A DNA stretch of 64,000 nucleotides, taken from IMG/VR virus record IMGVR_UViG_3300042090_002000, positions 13,725-77,724 of that record; one strand, given 5' to 3'. The notes beneath the pieces were generated by a model. The model searched no databases, was not told the DNA's origin, and saw only the letters and a program-made list of their open reading frames with translations. A program made the position numbers and the translations under genes. Below, piece after piece: positions 9,184-20,296 of the stretch. The first letter of the stretch is position 1; each line of letters opens with the position of its first letter. Source of the DNA: a virus.

Positions 9184-9409
9184 TCATCGTTTCGAGGGCT
9201 TTACGCCGGTTACTGATAGCACGCACATGGATGGGTACAAGTATGATCCGGTGGGAAAAAAACTCACGGTGCGATTCAAGAACGGTTACGTTTACGAGGC
9301 CAGCGGCGTGTCGTCGGAGACGCATCAAGCATTCGTGTCTGCGCCATCACAGGGCACGCACTGGCATTGGGTCATCAAGGATAATCACAACATCACACGG
9401 GTAAAGTAG
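9176..9409 (+). CDS. KTSC domain protein
   Basis: STHMDGYKYDP...LTVRFKNGYVYE..GV......FVSAPSQG. Confidence 0.8.
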   Translation: MPSHRFEGFTPVTDSTHMDGYKYDPVGKKLTVRFKNGYVYEASGVSSETHQAFVSAPSQGTHWHWVIKDNHNITRVK

Positions 9410-9845
9410 GGCGTTCGTTCTCGAACGGCGCGAAACCATCCATTGTTATGTCTATATCGGCATCGGCGGCGTCATGACACTCTTCGTGCATACGCCAATT
9501 TTGAAATTCGCTCTCCCACATCCCGACAAACTGATAGTGAACCTCTCCCGCCGGAATGGATTGGCCACACCACGCGCAGCGATAGTTTTTCATTGCCCGT
9601 GGGTGTGACGATCTTCCGAAGTCGCTCATCAGTCGTTCTCCGGGCGCGCGAGTTCTCCGTAGATAACGGTTGGCTCTGGTGGTTGTGCCGGACGGTAGAA
9701 TGGCAAGCTGGCGCGGAACGAGTAGACCACCATTTGATCCCCTTCCAAACTAGAGAGCATCTTCGCCAGTCGTCTGCGCATGTCATGCACAGAGACGAGA
9801 GTTCCTTCACAATCCACATTGATGTTCAGTTGAGCCATATTCTCC

Positions 9846-10865
9846 TCATTCCATTGATTTGATGATGTCCGAAAGTTCTTGCCGACCTGCAGAAGTCAGA
9901 GAATAACCCCACCGTTTCTCGAATTGCTTCAGACGCTCAACCGGCGACTCGTGATTCGGAATGAACCATGAGCCCACGCGCGTCAGAAGGTCTTTCACTT
10001 TTTCGGGCACGAGAACCCACTTGACCCCGGCGACCGTGGCACGCTTGATTTCTTCCTGTGTGGTTACGGGCACCGCGTCATATCCATTACGCGCCACATA
10101 ATAGTTGTAGTGGCGATTCACGAAGTCCGATCCGGCATAGGTATGCGACGAGACGTACTCGACATCCGGGGCTCCAGCCTCCATCAGTTCGGAACAACGC
10201 TCATCATGGCCGCGCAGAATCCAAAGCTGCGAAGTCTCCCATGCGAGATCGAAGCCGTCGACCATGCCGCGATCCCTGTCGAGTTTGATTCGTCCCGGGC
10301 GAAACGCATAGCCGCATTTGAATCCCTTGACCGTTGCCACGTAGAGGCCGCCCACGTAGATGCGCCCGCGCTGCGCCGGTTCATCCAGAATCATATTAGG
10401 AGCGTCGGGTGTGAAGATGTTCGGGGTGATTGTTCTCCACGTCTCTTCGGAGATGTCAGAAATGTAGAAGTGAACACCTGTGATTGATTTGGCTGCCATG
10501 ACGTGGACGCACAGCACAGTTGCGTCGAAGGTGATATCGTGTTCCAGTTTGGCTATCCAGATGGTGTCGCCGGTGTGGATGACGACTTTATATTTCATGC
10601 GGGTGAGGGCAAGTAACGCGATCTTGTACCCCTCGCCGAATTTGCCGCGCTTGGATAGATCATCTCGTTTTGACGATGTACCCAGCACGAGCGACGACGG
10701 CGTGAGTTGGCCGGTTGCGGACGAAATCTCGATGCGTTTTGCGGCGGGGTTGTATTGGATCGAGGCCCCGCCTTCGTCGAGGGCGTTCTGGTAAATTTCG
10801 CGCACGGCTTCCCAGAGGCCCCAGTGAGCGCAGTACGTCTCCGCGATAGGAAGCGTATACTTCAC
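9846..10865 (-). CDS. GHKL-type ATPase domain protein
   Basis: AVREIYQNALD, LGTSSK, GKFGEGYKIA. Confidence 0.75.
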   Translation of the reverse strand: MKYTLPIAETYCAHWGLWEAVREIYQNALDEGGASIQYNPAAKRIEISSATGQLTPSSLVLGTSSKRDDLSKRGKFGEGYKIALLALTRMKYKVVIHTGDTIWIAKLEHDITFDATVLCVHVMAAKSITGVHFYISDISEETWRTITPNIFTPDAPNMILDEPAQRGRIYVGGLYVATVKGFKCGYAFRPGRIKLDRDRGMVDGFDLAWETSQLWILRGHDERCSELMEAGAPDVEYVSSHTYAGSDFVNRHYNYYVARNGYDAVPVTTQEEIKRATVAGVKWVLVPEKVKDLLTRVGSWFIPNHESPVERLKQFEKRWGYSLTSAGRQELSDIIKSME

Positions 10866-11428
10866 AGTGAGAATTCTCCCATGACGTTCTCCGCCAGATC
10901 GCGGGCTTGTTCGAGTAGATCATCATCTTCCGCCGGTGAGTCGGCTTCGGAATCTTCCGGCACATCGGAGTCGGTTGACGACTCTTCGAGCCCGCGAACT
11001 TCTTGCGCCGCGTTGTTGAGGGTGTCGACGTATTCCGTGAGCCCGTCGATTTTTTCTTGGATATTTGATCCCTGATCCCCTTCCTGAAAGCCTTGGGGCA
11101 GGTTGTCGAAAGATTCCTGATATTCGTCGCGGACGCTTTCGATATCGCTGGCTGTCTCTTCGAGAGCCACGGCGATATCTTCGATGGTGATCTTCTCTTC
11201 GGCGATCCGGTCTTCGAGGGACTCGTTTGCAGCGTACGCGCTGGACATTTTGGAACCTGTTAGCTCGCTCTGCCGGGGGTGATGATCTTTACACCGAATC
11301 TGTTTTGCGCCCCGGAAGCCAACGGCGAAATAAAAATATTTGTCGCCGGGCTGGATCACTGCTTGGCAGCGTCCGCACTTGATTTCGTTACCGGCTTTCG
11401 ACTTTTTTGCTTCGAAACATTTAGCCAC
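10862..11428 (-). CDS. Hypothetical protein (Zn-ribbon plus acidic coiled coil)
   Basis: CxxC...CxxH at the N-terminus. Coupled to the next gene by a GTGA overlap. Confidence 0.55.
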   Translation of the reverse strand: MAKCFEAKKSKAGNEIKCGRCQAVIQPGDKYFYFAVGFRGAKQIRCKDHHPRQSELTGSKMSSAYAANESLEDRIAEEKITIEDIAVALEETASDIESVRDEYQESFDNLPQGFQEGDQGSNIQEKIDGLTEYVDTLNNAAQEVRGLEESSTDSDVPEDSEADSPAEDDDLLEQARDLAENVMGEFSL

Positions 11429-11470
11429 GTTTCACCTCGCTGGGAAGAGTCCCATAGATTTACTTTTGTG

Positions 11471-12028
11471 TCAAGCAAAAACTAGACTGTTCATCGCGTC
11501 TTGCGCAAGCACATTATCATTCTCGCGAAGATATACGAAAGCCGACGCAGCGGATTTGTGTGCCAGAAACTCAGTGACTGCGCCGATGCGTTGTGTTGCG
11601 TCGAAGATGGCCATCGCGGCGCTGTGGCGGAACATGTGCGAGTGCGCGAAGCTGGTGTGGATTCCCGCAAGCACGCATGCCTTCTCAATCATCGCGTTGA
11701 AGTAGTCGCGCGACAGGCCGTCGAAGAGTCGCGAGGTACGCTTGATCTGAGCCATGGTGATCATTGGCGTCATATCGAATGCCGGGTCGTCGCAGATATG
11801 GAGCGCCCGCACGACTTTCTTGCCGCGCTTTGCCGCCGGAACCAAGATCACCCACTTACCGTCGATCTGACAAACATCTTCGCCGCAGAGAGACAACATT
11901 TGCGAGACGCGGGTCCCCGTAAAAAACATCGTCAACATGGCCATGTGGTGCAGGCGGCTTTTGAGTGTGTCTGCATCGTACGCGGCCCGGAAGACTTTCG
12001 CAAGATCACTGATCGGCAGATATTCCAT
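11471..12028 (-). CDS. Tyrosine recombinase, catalytic domain only (185 aa)
   Basis: TGTRVSQ (R), AKRGK (K), HMFRH (HxxR), LAHKS (H), FVYL (Y). SD GAGGAG upstream. Confidence 0.85.
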   Translation of the reverse strand: MEYLPISDLAKVFRAAYDADTLKSRLHHMAMLTMFFTGTRVSQMLSLCGEDVCQIDGKWVILVPAAKRGKKVVRALHICDDPAFDMTPMITMAQIKRTSRLFDGLSRDYFNAMIEKACVLAGIHTSFAHSHMFRHSAAMAIFDATQRIGAVTEFLAHKSAASAFVYLRENDNVLAQDAMNSLVFA

Positions 12029-12508
12029 GTCCGCTATCTCCTCTCTACGCGATCAGAATAGCAAGAACCTAATCCTATTTGCAATGGTACTTTCGGTTCG
12101 TTTTTGCGATGGTACTTCAACTTCGAGATTGATGGCGGCCTCAACCATTCGCATGGTGTTGCGCAGGCCGCAGGTGCAGAACTCCGTCATTTCGATTTCA
12201 CAACTTGCGCGATGCTCCCGAAAAGCGGCGAGGACGTTGATTACTTGTTCGAGTTTTTCAATCTTCACTTCGGCGGTCACTTTCATAGGTGCTCCCTTGG
12301 AGTGCTGATCACGACACCAATCAGCACCAGCATTACGAATGTGCAAATCCAGAAACCGATCATATAATTCGGACCGCGATCATGATACCTGTCGCGGATA
12401 CCCAGTACAAGGTTCGCTTCCAATCCCCCTGCAGCGCGTAGCCGACGACCGCCATCACGTCGACGCCGATACCGATGTTCACGGCGATCTGGCCCCAGTT
12501 GCGATGCA

Positions 12509-13096
12509 CTATCGCCTCCCAGCCAGCGCGAGAATCTTCGGGACGTAGAAGTCATCGCACGTCGCGCAGCCCACGCCGTCACCTTGGTAGCGCCGGACGC
12601 CTTCGAGCGTGCCGTATTGTTTGATGAGGCTCCCCAGAATTGTGGCCCCGGCATGCAGGTTGTCGGCAGGATTGAGCAGGTTTGTCTTGCCCGCAAAGTC
12701 GAATTTATCTTTCCAGACTTTCGCGCGAACTTGCGTCAAGCCGATAGCGCCCCGATTGCTCACGGCCATGGGATCGCAGGATGACTCGACTGCGACAAGT
12801 GCCGCGAGGATACGCGGATCGGTGTTTGAGGCGATGGCTTCGGCTGCAATATCATTGATCAACTTCGGGTCTGCATCTGCGCAGCCTTGCGAGCGACCGA
12901 ACACGCGGGCAACATCGAGAGACGCGGCGAACTGTTTTGTCTGGTACATCGGCTGGTCAGCGGCAGCCGCATGAATAATGGGAGCCATCGGGCGTACGTG
13001 TGGATCAGTTTTCGCGGCATAGAAGACGATGCTGCCCAACATCACCAGAATCATTGGAAGTGCAATTGCGCGAGCCGTGCTTTTTGAGAGTGTCAT
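12509..13096 (-). CDS. Lytic transglycosylase (SLT) with N-terminal TM/signal anchor; endolysin candidate
   Basis: VAVESS...AVSNRGAIGLTQV...NLHAGATIL...RRYQG. ATG at 13096 with SD GGAGG. Confidence 0.85.
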   Translation of the reverse strand: MTLSKSTARAIALPMILVMLGSIVFYAAKTDPHVRPMAPIIHAAAADQPMYQTKQFAASLDVARVFGRSQGCADADPKLINDIAAEAIASNTDPRILAALVAVESSCDPMAVSNRGAIGLTQVRAKVWKDKFDFAGKTNLLNPADNLHAGATILGSLIKQYGTLEGVRRYQGDGVGCATCDDFYVPKILALAGRR

Positions 13097-14351
13097 TGTT
13101 TCCTCCGGCACGCATAATCTCATGATTGCGACTAGAACACAATGGTACGAACGTACCAGTACCAAAATTTCGCTTGACAGAAAATCCAGATATGATAAAG
13201 TGGCTGCACGGTGGCTCGACTGAGCCCGGCAGCACCACCCTGTAGCCAGCATGGCCGGGGAGGCAGGCACCGGGCTCCAGCGGCCTTCGTGGGGAAGCCA
13301 CTAATCTAATGAACTCCAATGGATCGCTGCTTCCTTAATTCGAGGAGACAATGTGGATATGTTAGATTGGGGTCTTTTGTTGGGCGGTATCTGGCTCTTA
13401 GGGGCCGCAGTGCTGGCGTTGCTGATTGGGCCGGTGATGCGCGAAGACAAATATCTTTTCGGTTTCTGCATTCGGAGGGATCGTGACGATTCCTAAGTTC
13501 GAGCCGGGCGATCTGAATTCTATTATGGCGTGGTATCTGACGGGCAAGGTTACCATGTCTCAACTGTGTGATGAATTGAACGCCCGCCTGCAAGAAAAAG
13601 CGGAACGCGAACACGACGCAGCGTTGGCCGACGCGCGCCGACGAGGTTTCCGACCCAATTGTTATTAGAGGAGAGTGTTATGAGCGATCAATGCCAAAGC
13701 TGCGGCTCGTACCAGAATCTGAAAATTTGTGCGCTGTGCGCCGCCTCGCTGATCTGTGATCGCTGTCGTGGGCATCACGAGTTCGGCTGCAAGGAAGCCC
13801 AAGAAAAGAAGGCGCGCGGACAGGGAAAAACTGTGCGCGAGATCGGGCGGTCCGACGTAGTGATTCCGCCGATGGCTGGTCGACAGATTCAATCTCCAGA
13901 AGCAACTCGTCCCGGCAATATGAATCCCGGGATTGGCGAGACGAGGCAGCTATCCGTTTCAGCACGGTTGCCGGAACCAATCAAGGTTGCAAGTCAGATT
14001 CAGGACCCGGTCGACGAGACCGCGCAGAATGAGGCATTCAACGCGGCGATGGATGTCGCGCGGCAACTGCAGATCGATATCGCGGCGAGCATGATCGGCG
14101 CGGAAGTTGTCTTGCCCGCTGGACCGGAGCCGGATGTCGACGAAATCAACATGCAGATCGCGGAAGCGGTCGCCGCTGATGATGGGATGCCACTGCCAAA
14201 TTTCGAAGAGATTGATGCTGTGATTGCAGAAGCTGAACAGGCTGCAGCGTCCAGCACGAACGAGAATTGAGTCGAACCAGACGAGGAGTGAAATCCAAGC
14301 GGCATATGTTTGGCTCAAGAGTTTTTGTTAAATCTACGTTTGGAGGAAACA

Positions 14352-15068
14352 ATGAGAGGCCGTAAACTTCTGAGCATTTTATTTTTGATGATGGCGCTTC
14401 TGTTCGTGATCCCGGTGCATGCGCAGACGCGCGTGCTGCTGGGTGTGAACGGCGGGCAAGATTTTGACAACTCGAACGTCGGCGGCACGCTGGGCTTCGA
14501 AGTTCCGTTCCTGCATCATTACGAGTTGGATTTGACCGACACATTCTCGCCGATTGAGTCCCACGTTTCGCTGGGCGGTGGGCGCGCTAATATCGTGAGT
14601 GCAGGCGGCCATATTTGGTTGACGAAGTCGTTCGGTCTCGTCGGTAGCGCGGAAGATTCTGCGTACAACGTGACGAAGGTTTCGAAGGATGACGACTACG
14701 CGCTGGGCGGCTTCGCATGGCGCGGGCTCGTTGGTGGCGCGCCAACGCGCTTCCAGCTTCAGTTCATAGACGAGTTCAACAACGGCATCAACTCGACCGG
14801 GCTTGAGACTCCGCATCTGCAGGGCGTCGACTTCGGATTTACGATGCGCTTCGGCTGCGTCAGTTTCTTCTGTGTCCGCAACTCCGAAGACTTTGTTGCT
14901 GGGGCTGTCAAAACCCAATCAAATCCCGCCTGTGATGGAACATACGGGATTACGGGGGGACCAAATGGTGGGCCTTGCCCTCGTGCTACGGCCTTTGGTG
15001 GAGGGGTAACAGGCTCTGTGGTTTTTGAGTTTCCGCGCCATCGCGCTATTGAAAATGATGCCTTCTAA
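14352..15068 (+). CDS. Secreted/outer-membrane beta-barrel-like protein
   Basis: Signal peptide ending VHA-Q, followed by alternating amphipathic beta strands. Confidence 0.5.
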   Translation: MRGRKLLSILFLMMALLFVIPVHAQTRVLLGVNGGQDFDNSNVGGTLGFEVPFLHHYELDLTDTFSPIESHVSLGGGRANIVSAGGHIWLTKSFGLVGSAEDSAYNVTKVSKDDDYALGGFAWRGLVGGAPTRFQLQFIDEFNNGINSTGLETPHLQGVDFGFTMRFGCVSFFCVRNSEDFVAGAVKTQSNPACDGTYGITGGPNGGPCPRATAFGGGVTGSVVFEFPRHRAIENDAF

Positions 15069-15636
15069 GATCACTCGCGCGCATAACTATCAAGACTGGA
15101 CAGGGCGGGTTGTAGGCCACGTCACGGTGTTGGAACGCGGACCCAATGACGCACACGGGTCCGCGCAGTGGTGGGTCAAGAACGCTCTGAATGTGAATCC
15201 CGACGAAGCATATTTGCTGCCACGGCGCACACTTTGGCGAAAGTGTACTGGACGGCGTCCGCGAGTGGGAGACGGTTTTCAAAAGAAACATGCGGCGGTC
15301 TATCGGTCGGTCATAAACCATTTCAAGTGGATTTATAATCCACACAACCCGGCAAGGTATCACGGGTACAAAGGAATGCCCGCATACAGTCCATGGAATC
15401 CGGCAGGCGGGCCGTTGGCCATCGCAAAAGCCGTGCGGGCCATTCTTACGGAGATCGGTGATAAACCGGGACGAGACTACAATCTACACATCATTGACAA
15501 ACGTGTGGGGTTCTGGCCCGGGAATCTGATGTGGATTCCGGTAGTAGAGCACAAGCGGGCAGAGTTATTGAACCGATTGATTGAAGAGAACCGTCGGCTG
15601 CGGAAAGAAATTGCGGTTTTGCGAGGTGATCAGTGA
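15025..15636 (+). CDS. Degenerate HNH-related protein (start uncertain)
   Basis: DWTGRVVGHVTVL N-terminus. LHIIDKRVGFWPGNLMW resembles the DRID..GY.PGN..W HNH core. Confidence 0.5.
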   Translation: MSFRAIALLKMMPSKITRAHNYQDWTGRVVGHVTVLERGPNDAHGSAQWWVKNALNVNPDEAYLLPRRTLWRKCTGRRPRVGDGFQKKHAAVYRSVINHFKWIYNPHNPARYHGYKGMPAYSPWNPAGGPLAIAKAVRAILTEIGDKPGRDYNLHIIDKRVGFWPGNLMWIPVVEHKRAELLNRLIEENRRLRKEIAVLRGDQ

Positions 15637-18401
15637 GCGCGCTACCTTTTTCTGAGAGAACAACGTCTTCCGTAGCGGTTTTCGCGTGCATCTTCATTGC
15701 TTCGCCGCAGGGCGCGCAGTCTTTGTCACCATCTGTGCCGTTGCTGAGCGCGCTGGCTCTGGAGTACGCGCAGCTTACGAACATATACCCCACGCTCATA
15801 CACCAAGACGTTGCGAACCAGCAAGTGAAGCTGCAGGCTGCGATCACGTCGGCAATCGCCATAGTCACGTCGCTGGTCACAACTCTGCTGAATATGACGG
15901 CCACCGGCGACAATCTTTTTGTGCTGGAACATTACCAGATCGTCGCGACAAACGCACTGACGAATCTAAAAGCGGCGCTGGTTGTCGGAACGGAGTAGGG
16001 GATGAACGCCACGACAGGTTCTATCTGCCCGCACTGCAACTATCATGTGTTCCTGAGTGAGCGTGAGATTTTTCTGAACGTATGTTATGTGTGCCGTCGG
16101 TATGGCCTGTTATTGGGCCGCTGGCCAAATCCATTGGAGGCAAAAAACATGGTAATCCAATTGACAGACGAACAAATTTCTCGCGTGTTGTTTTTATGCA
16201 ATTTGATCGGAGCCATCTACTATTCGGTGCCACAGCCGCCGAAGGGTGTCGGCATGGCCGCGACCTCTGATCTCGAAATTGCCAAGATCGTTCGTGCCAG
16301 CCTTGAACACGAGAACGACGCCCTGCTTGAACTTGGCGCGCTGCTACGGTAATGCTGTGTTCTTCAGGCAAGGTTCTTTATGGCAATCAGGCCGCAGCAT
16401 GGAATGCGGCGGCGGTCTGCATTTCGAAGGGGGTTTTGTCGGACATGCAGATTTACGTCTGTCCGTTTTGTAGACACTATCATTTGCGAACGGCTAAGGT
16501 ACAATTGCATGAATGGTGGTGGCGGCCCGCGTCTTGGGTAATGCGCCCAAAGATTCGGAACTGGTTTCGTCAACGAGGCACTATTGATCAATGGGATAAC
16601 GATTGACATGTTTTGCTTGACAAACCACCCACGATAGTGCAGTATATCTGAGAGGAGAACATATATGTTTCAGTTTTTCAAGGATGTGTGGGAGGCTGTC
16701 CGTGAGTGTCGAATCACTCATGAACAGATTTTGTGGGAAGACGCTGTGAAGCAATTTCTGCTGAACGATGGTGCGGACTGGCCGGGCGGTGATGAAATGA
16801 AGATTGCGCTGGGAGAGACCATCTATATGATGAGACTGCATGAGTCACCCTGCAAAGAGCGGGCGCTGGCGCGCTCGAACCTGTCATACAGGTGGGTGCT
16901 TGGATGATTGTGGCGATCACGACTGTCTCGCATTCCGCGATGCGGCATACGAGTTGCTGGCTGCAGTCGATCTCGCGAAAACTCGCTCTCTAAAAAACCC
17001 CATCACAAGGGATGAGTTGCGCGAGGAACTTACGAAAGCTGGTCGATCTTTTGATGGTCGCGTCACGAATGGGAGCTTGGCGGCACAGATGCGCGTGCTT
17101 GAAACGCGCCCAGTTTGAAGGCTCATCCCACCCAAAAAATTCAATGAGAAAAATTGAAAAGTGAATTTCCTTTTTTACTTTTTTCAAAACGGACTTATCT
17201 CCTTGAAATTTCCCGGCGTGGTTCAGTACCGGTACTCCTGCACGTCGAGGGCCGTTTTTTCGCAAGCATTTTCAGGGCCAATCCGCAAATCCTTGATTCG
17301 GCGCATGTTAGCCCAAATGCGCCCGCGCGCCCGCTCCGCCGGGCTTCAAACCGCGTTTAGACAGACTCCCAGAGCGGGCGGAATTCGCGAGGATACCGGG
17401 TGCGGCGCGTACTTCGGCGCGCGTCTGGGCTTCCAGCCCATACCGCTAGGTTTCGATGCGCCTAGCAGGCTGCAAACGCGAAATGCCACCCCGCCGGGCT
17501 GCTGGGAGTCCGCCGGGCCATTGTATCGAGTCCAATCATCTGTGCCCGAAAAATCGGGAGTCTGGGTTTCGCAGTCTTCCGCATGGGCTCGATCAATTGA
17601 AAACGGGGATGTCGCATGCTGGGAGTACTCCCCTAAATCCGATGTGTCTGGGCTTTCATCACACTGTGAAATGATTTGTACTGATATGATGCGTTTGCCG
17701 TTTTTCATGGCGCGTCTGTCCCTTCTTAGTCGAATTGGAGCGGGTGTGCTCCGCAAGGGACTCCAGAGAGTCCGATGCGCAGAACATCACGCGGGGTTAA
17801 TTTCTTTGCCCGTTTCCACAGAATAGACGGGGTACGGCGCGCGGGTCTCTTCGAACCAATCATGGCCCAGACAAAAAGTTTTGATTCCATCGGGCATGGG
17901 GTTATCAAGGTTACCCGCGCCGGGCACGCACGGGGAGCAAAATTGCGCAAACGTGTAGTATGGGGATTTGATAACGAAGACATCACTATCAAGACAGTCG
18001 CATAATTGGTAACCCCCGGATTCATAGGAAAAGCCTAGCAATTCATCTGAGAATACCTCGGATGAATCAAGGTACATTTTACAGGATTCGCAAGCGTAAT
18101 CTGCACACGCGTGTCGATCACTATCATACCCGTAATGTTTTTCTTCCTCGAATGTTACCGCGTTATTGCCACAGTACGGACAGTGTGGAGTCCCATAATC
18201 TTGCTCGAATGTGTCCATGCATTCCGCCATGATGGAATGCAGAGAGATTACCCCGTAGCGGATACCGCTTGCTGTGTCAATATTGCTCTGGCCCCGGCCA
18301 TAATCAATTCCAGCATATGCCGTGTTAGGTACCCCGTTAGATTAGATGTGTGCTCCGCGATTGGCACGGAAGGGTCCGCACCGCACGCGCAACACACTAG
18401 G

Positions 18402-19205
18402 TTAATTGTGATTCTCAGCTTCAATCCGCGTAAGATAAAAATGAATTCCACCTGCGCATTCTTGCCAGCGATCATTACACCATTTATCACAGGTGACCGT
18501 CTGTCCTTTGGTATAGGTTACGGATGAGTCATGTTGAGATATTCCTATGGTAGCGCCGAATACCTCTACAACGCGAACCGATTGGGCGCGGCATTTTCGG
18601 CTGGTTGCGTTAGAGCGGGGAGTTTTTGCGGAGATTAACAATTTGACAATAACATTGTTTCGGCATTTTTTCCACCCAATGATTACCCCTTCGGGCAAAA
18701 TGTTAGATTGTGCATCAGCAAGAGCGGAAATATTTTTCGCGCCGTACAGGTTCGCGCGGTTCAGGTTCGCGTCGCTCAGGTCCGCGCGGCTCAGGTTCGC
18801 GCCGATCAGGTCCGCGCCGTACAGGTTCGCGCGGTTCAGGTTCGCGTCGCTCAGGTCCGCGCGGCTCAGGTTCGCGCCGATCAGGTCCGCGCGGCTCAGG
18901 TTCGCGCCGATCAGGTCCGCGTCGCTCAGGTCCGCGCGGCTCAGGTTCGCGCCGATCAGGTCCGCGCGGCTCAGGTTCGCGCCGATCAGGTCCGCGCCGA
19001 TCAGGTTCGCGCCGTTCAGGTTCGCGTCGCTCAGGTCCGCGTCGCTCAGGTCCGCGCCGATCAGGTTCGCGCCGATCAGGTTCGCGCCGTTCAGGTTCGC
19101 GCCGTTCAGGTTCGCGCTAGATTTGATTGCTTCTATCAATAGATCTTTAATTGTGGTAACTGCCGCTGAAAAAACAATGGTTCCATAAACATTTTGTAAA
19201 TCCAT
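18402..19205 (-). CDS. Pentapeptide repeat protein with a C-terminal phage domain (DUF5758-like)
   Basis: About 25 A(N/D)Lxx repeats, then GWKKC...KCRA...ECAGGIHFYLTR.EA. Confidence 0.85.
   Translation of the reverse strand: MDLQNVYGTIVFSAAVTTIKDLLIEAIKSSANLNGANLNGANLIGANLIGADLSDADLSDANLNGANLIGADLIGANLSRADLIGANLSRADLSDADLIGANLSRADLIGANLSRADLSDANLNRANLYGADLIGANLSRADLSDANLNRANLYGAKNISALADAQSNILPEGVIIGWKKCRNNVIVKLLISAKTPRSNATSRKCRAQSVRVVEVFGATIGISQHDSSVTYTKGQTVTCDKWCNDRWQECAGGIHFYLTRIEAENHN
18738..19117. repeat. 15-bp-period tandem repeat encoding the pentapeptide repeats
   Basis: Recurring TCAGGT(T/C)CGC units every 15 nt. Confidence 0.9.
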
Positions 19206-19276
19206 TTGGTGTCCTCTTTTCTGAAACGCCGTGCGTTTCGGGAAACCCTCATAGACTGAGGGAAACCCGGAAAGCA

Positions 19277-20296
19277 TTACGCTTCCGTTTCTTCACAGTC
19301 CGCCGGTATATTCAAGGCTTCCAATTCGGGCGCGATGCGTTCAATTTCCGAATAGGGGATGACATGGCATCCGGCATGTAGAGTCCCGTCTGCATCGATT
19401 CGATCAATCGGATAGTGGACCAAATGCAGAGTGTGGCCGTTCCGCACATACGGGACTTGCTTCGCCATAACGGCGCGCACGAATCGCAACCCGCGCGCCG
19501 CGTGTTCAATCGGCACCTGTGCGCCGAGCGAAGTTTCGACAACGGATGTTTGCGCCGTTTCTCCATATGCAATGCGGAGCATTACCGGGAGTCCGCCTAG
19601 ACAGCTTGAAACGTGCGCGCCGTTTCGCCATTCTTGCGCACATTCCGCCCTGCGTTTCTCACGCGCGATATTTTCCTGCTTGGTTTGTTCCGCACGTTCG
19701 GCGGATTTTTTCGCCTCTCTAGCCTTGACCGCTTCCAATTCTTTGGAGTCCAGAGCGGGCACAACTGGCAAGGCGGGTAGTGCAAGCCCGAAAAACTGAG
19801 CGTATGCGGTCACTTCCGAAACGAGTTTTTCTGCCGTGTCGTGTGCCCATTGTTTGTTCCAAGACGAGCGGGCGCGCGCCGAAGTGACTATTTCCGTTTC
19901 GATACGCTTCAGGTAGTCCGCGATATTTTCATCATGGCGGAATTTCGCTGGCCCGTTGTTAGAAACCATAACATTAGGGACATGGAAGCGGATAGTAGAT
20001 TCTGGAATAGCGGAGCGGACCGCCGATTGATGCCCGGAAGTGGTAACGCTGTATGATGCCGTGTTTATCGTGACCGCAGTCCGGCCCGCTTCGTTTGTGA
20101 CGTGGTGTGCGATTGGGAAGTGTGAGCCATATGAAAAAATGGTTTCATTTTCGAAGTACAGCGAACGATTCGAATTGCGCCCGCTCGCCTGTGTCTTGTG
20201 GAACCACAGGTGCGGAATTTCGCCAGATGCGAATACTTGCTTTCCGCGCGGGCTTGCTACCGGGGGATTCTCTGATCGTCTACGCTTTATGCTCAT
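19277..20296 (-). CDS. Hypothetical early protein (339 aa)
   Basis: Long ORF with SD GGAG in the minus-strand early block. Confidence 0.6.
   Translation of the reverse strand: MSIKRRRSENPPVASPRGKQVFASGEIPHLWFHKTQASGRNSNRSLYFENETIFSYGSHFPIAHHVTNEAGRTAVTINTASYSVTTSGHQSAVRSAIPESTIRFHVPNVMVSNNGPAKFRHDENIADYLKRIETEIVTSARARSSWNKQWAHDTAEKLVSEVTAYAQFFGLALPALPVVPALDSKELEAVKAREAKKSAERAEQTKQENIAREKRRAECAQEWRNGAHVSSCLGGLPVMLRIAYGETAQTSVVETSLGAQVPIEHAARGLRFVRAVMAKQVPYVRNGHTLHLVHYPIDRIDADGTLHAGCHVIPYSEIERIAPELEALNIPADCEETEA

Noticed and set aside
18738-19117. Possible CRISPR array or DGR template
   Set aside because: The 15-nt coding periodicity has no unique spacers, and no cas or reverse transcriptase gene is in the window.
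18547-19188. Three long plus-strand ORFs with RFAPIRSA, QVRA and RRSG repeats
   Set aside because: These are antisense shadows of the stop-free pentapeptide repeat gene.
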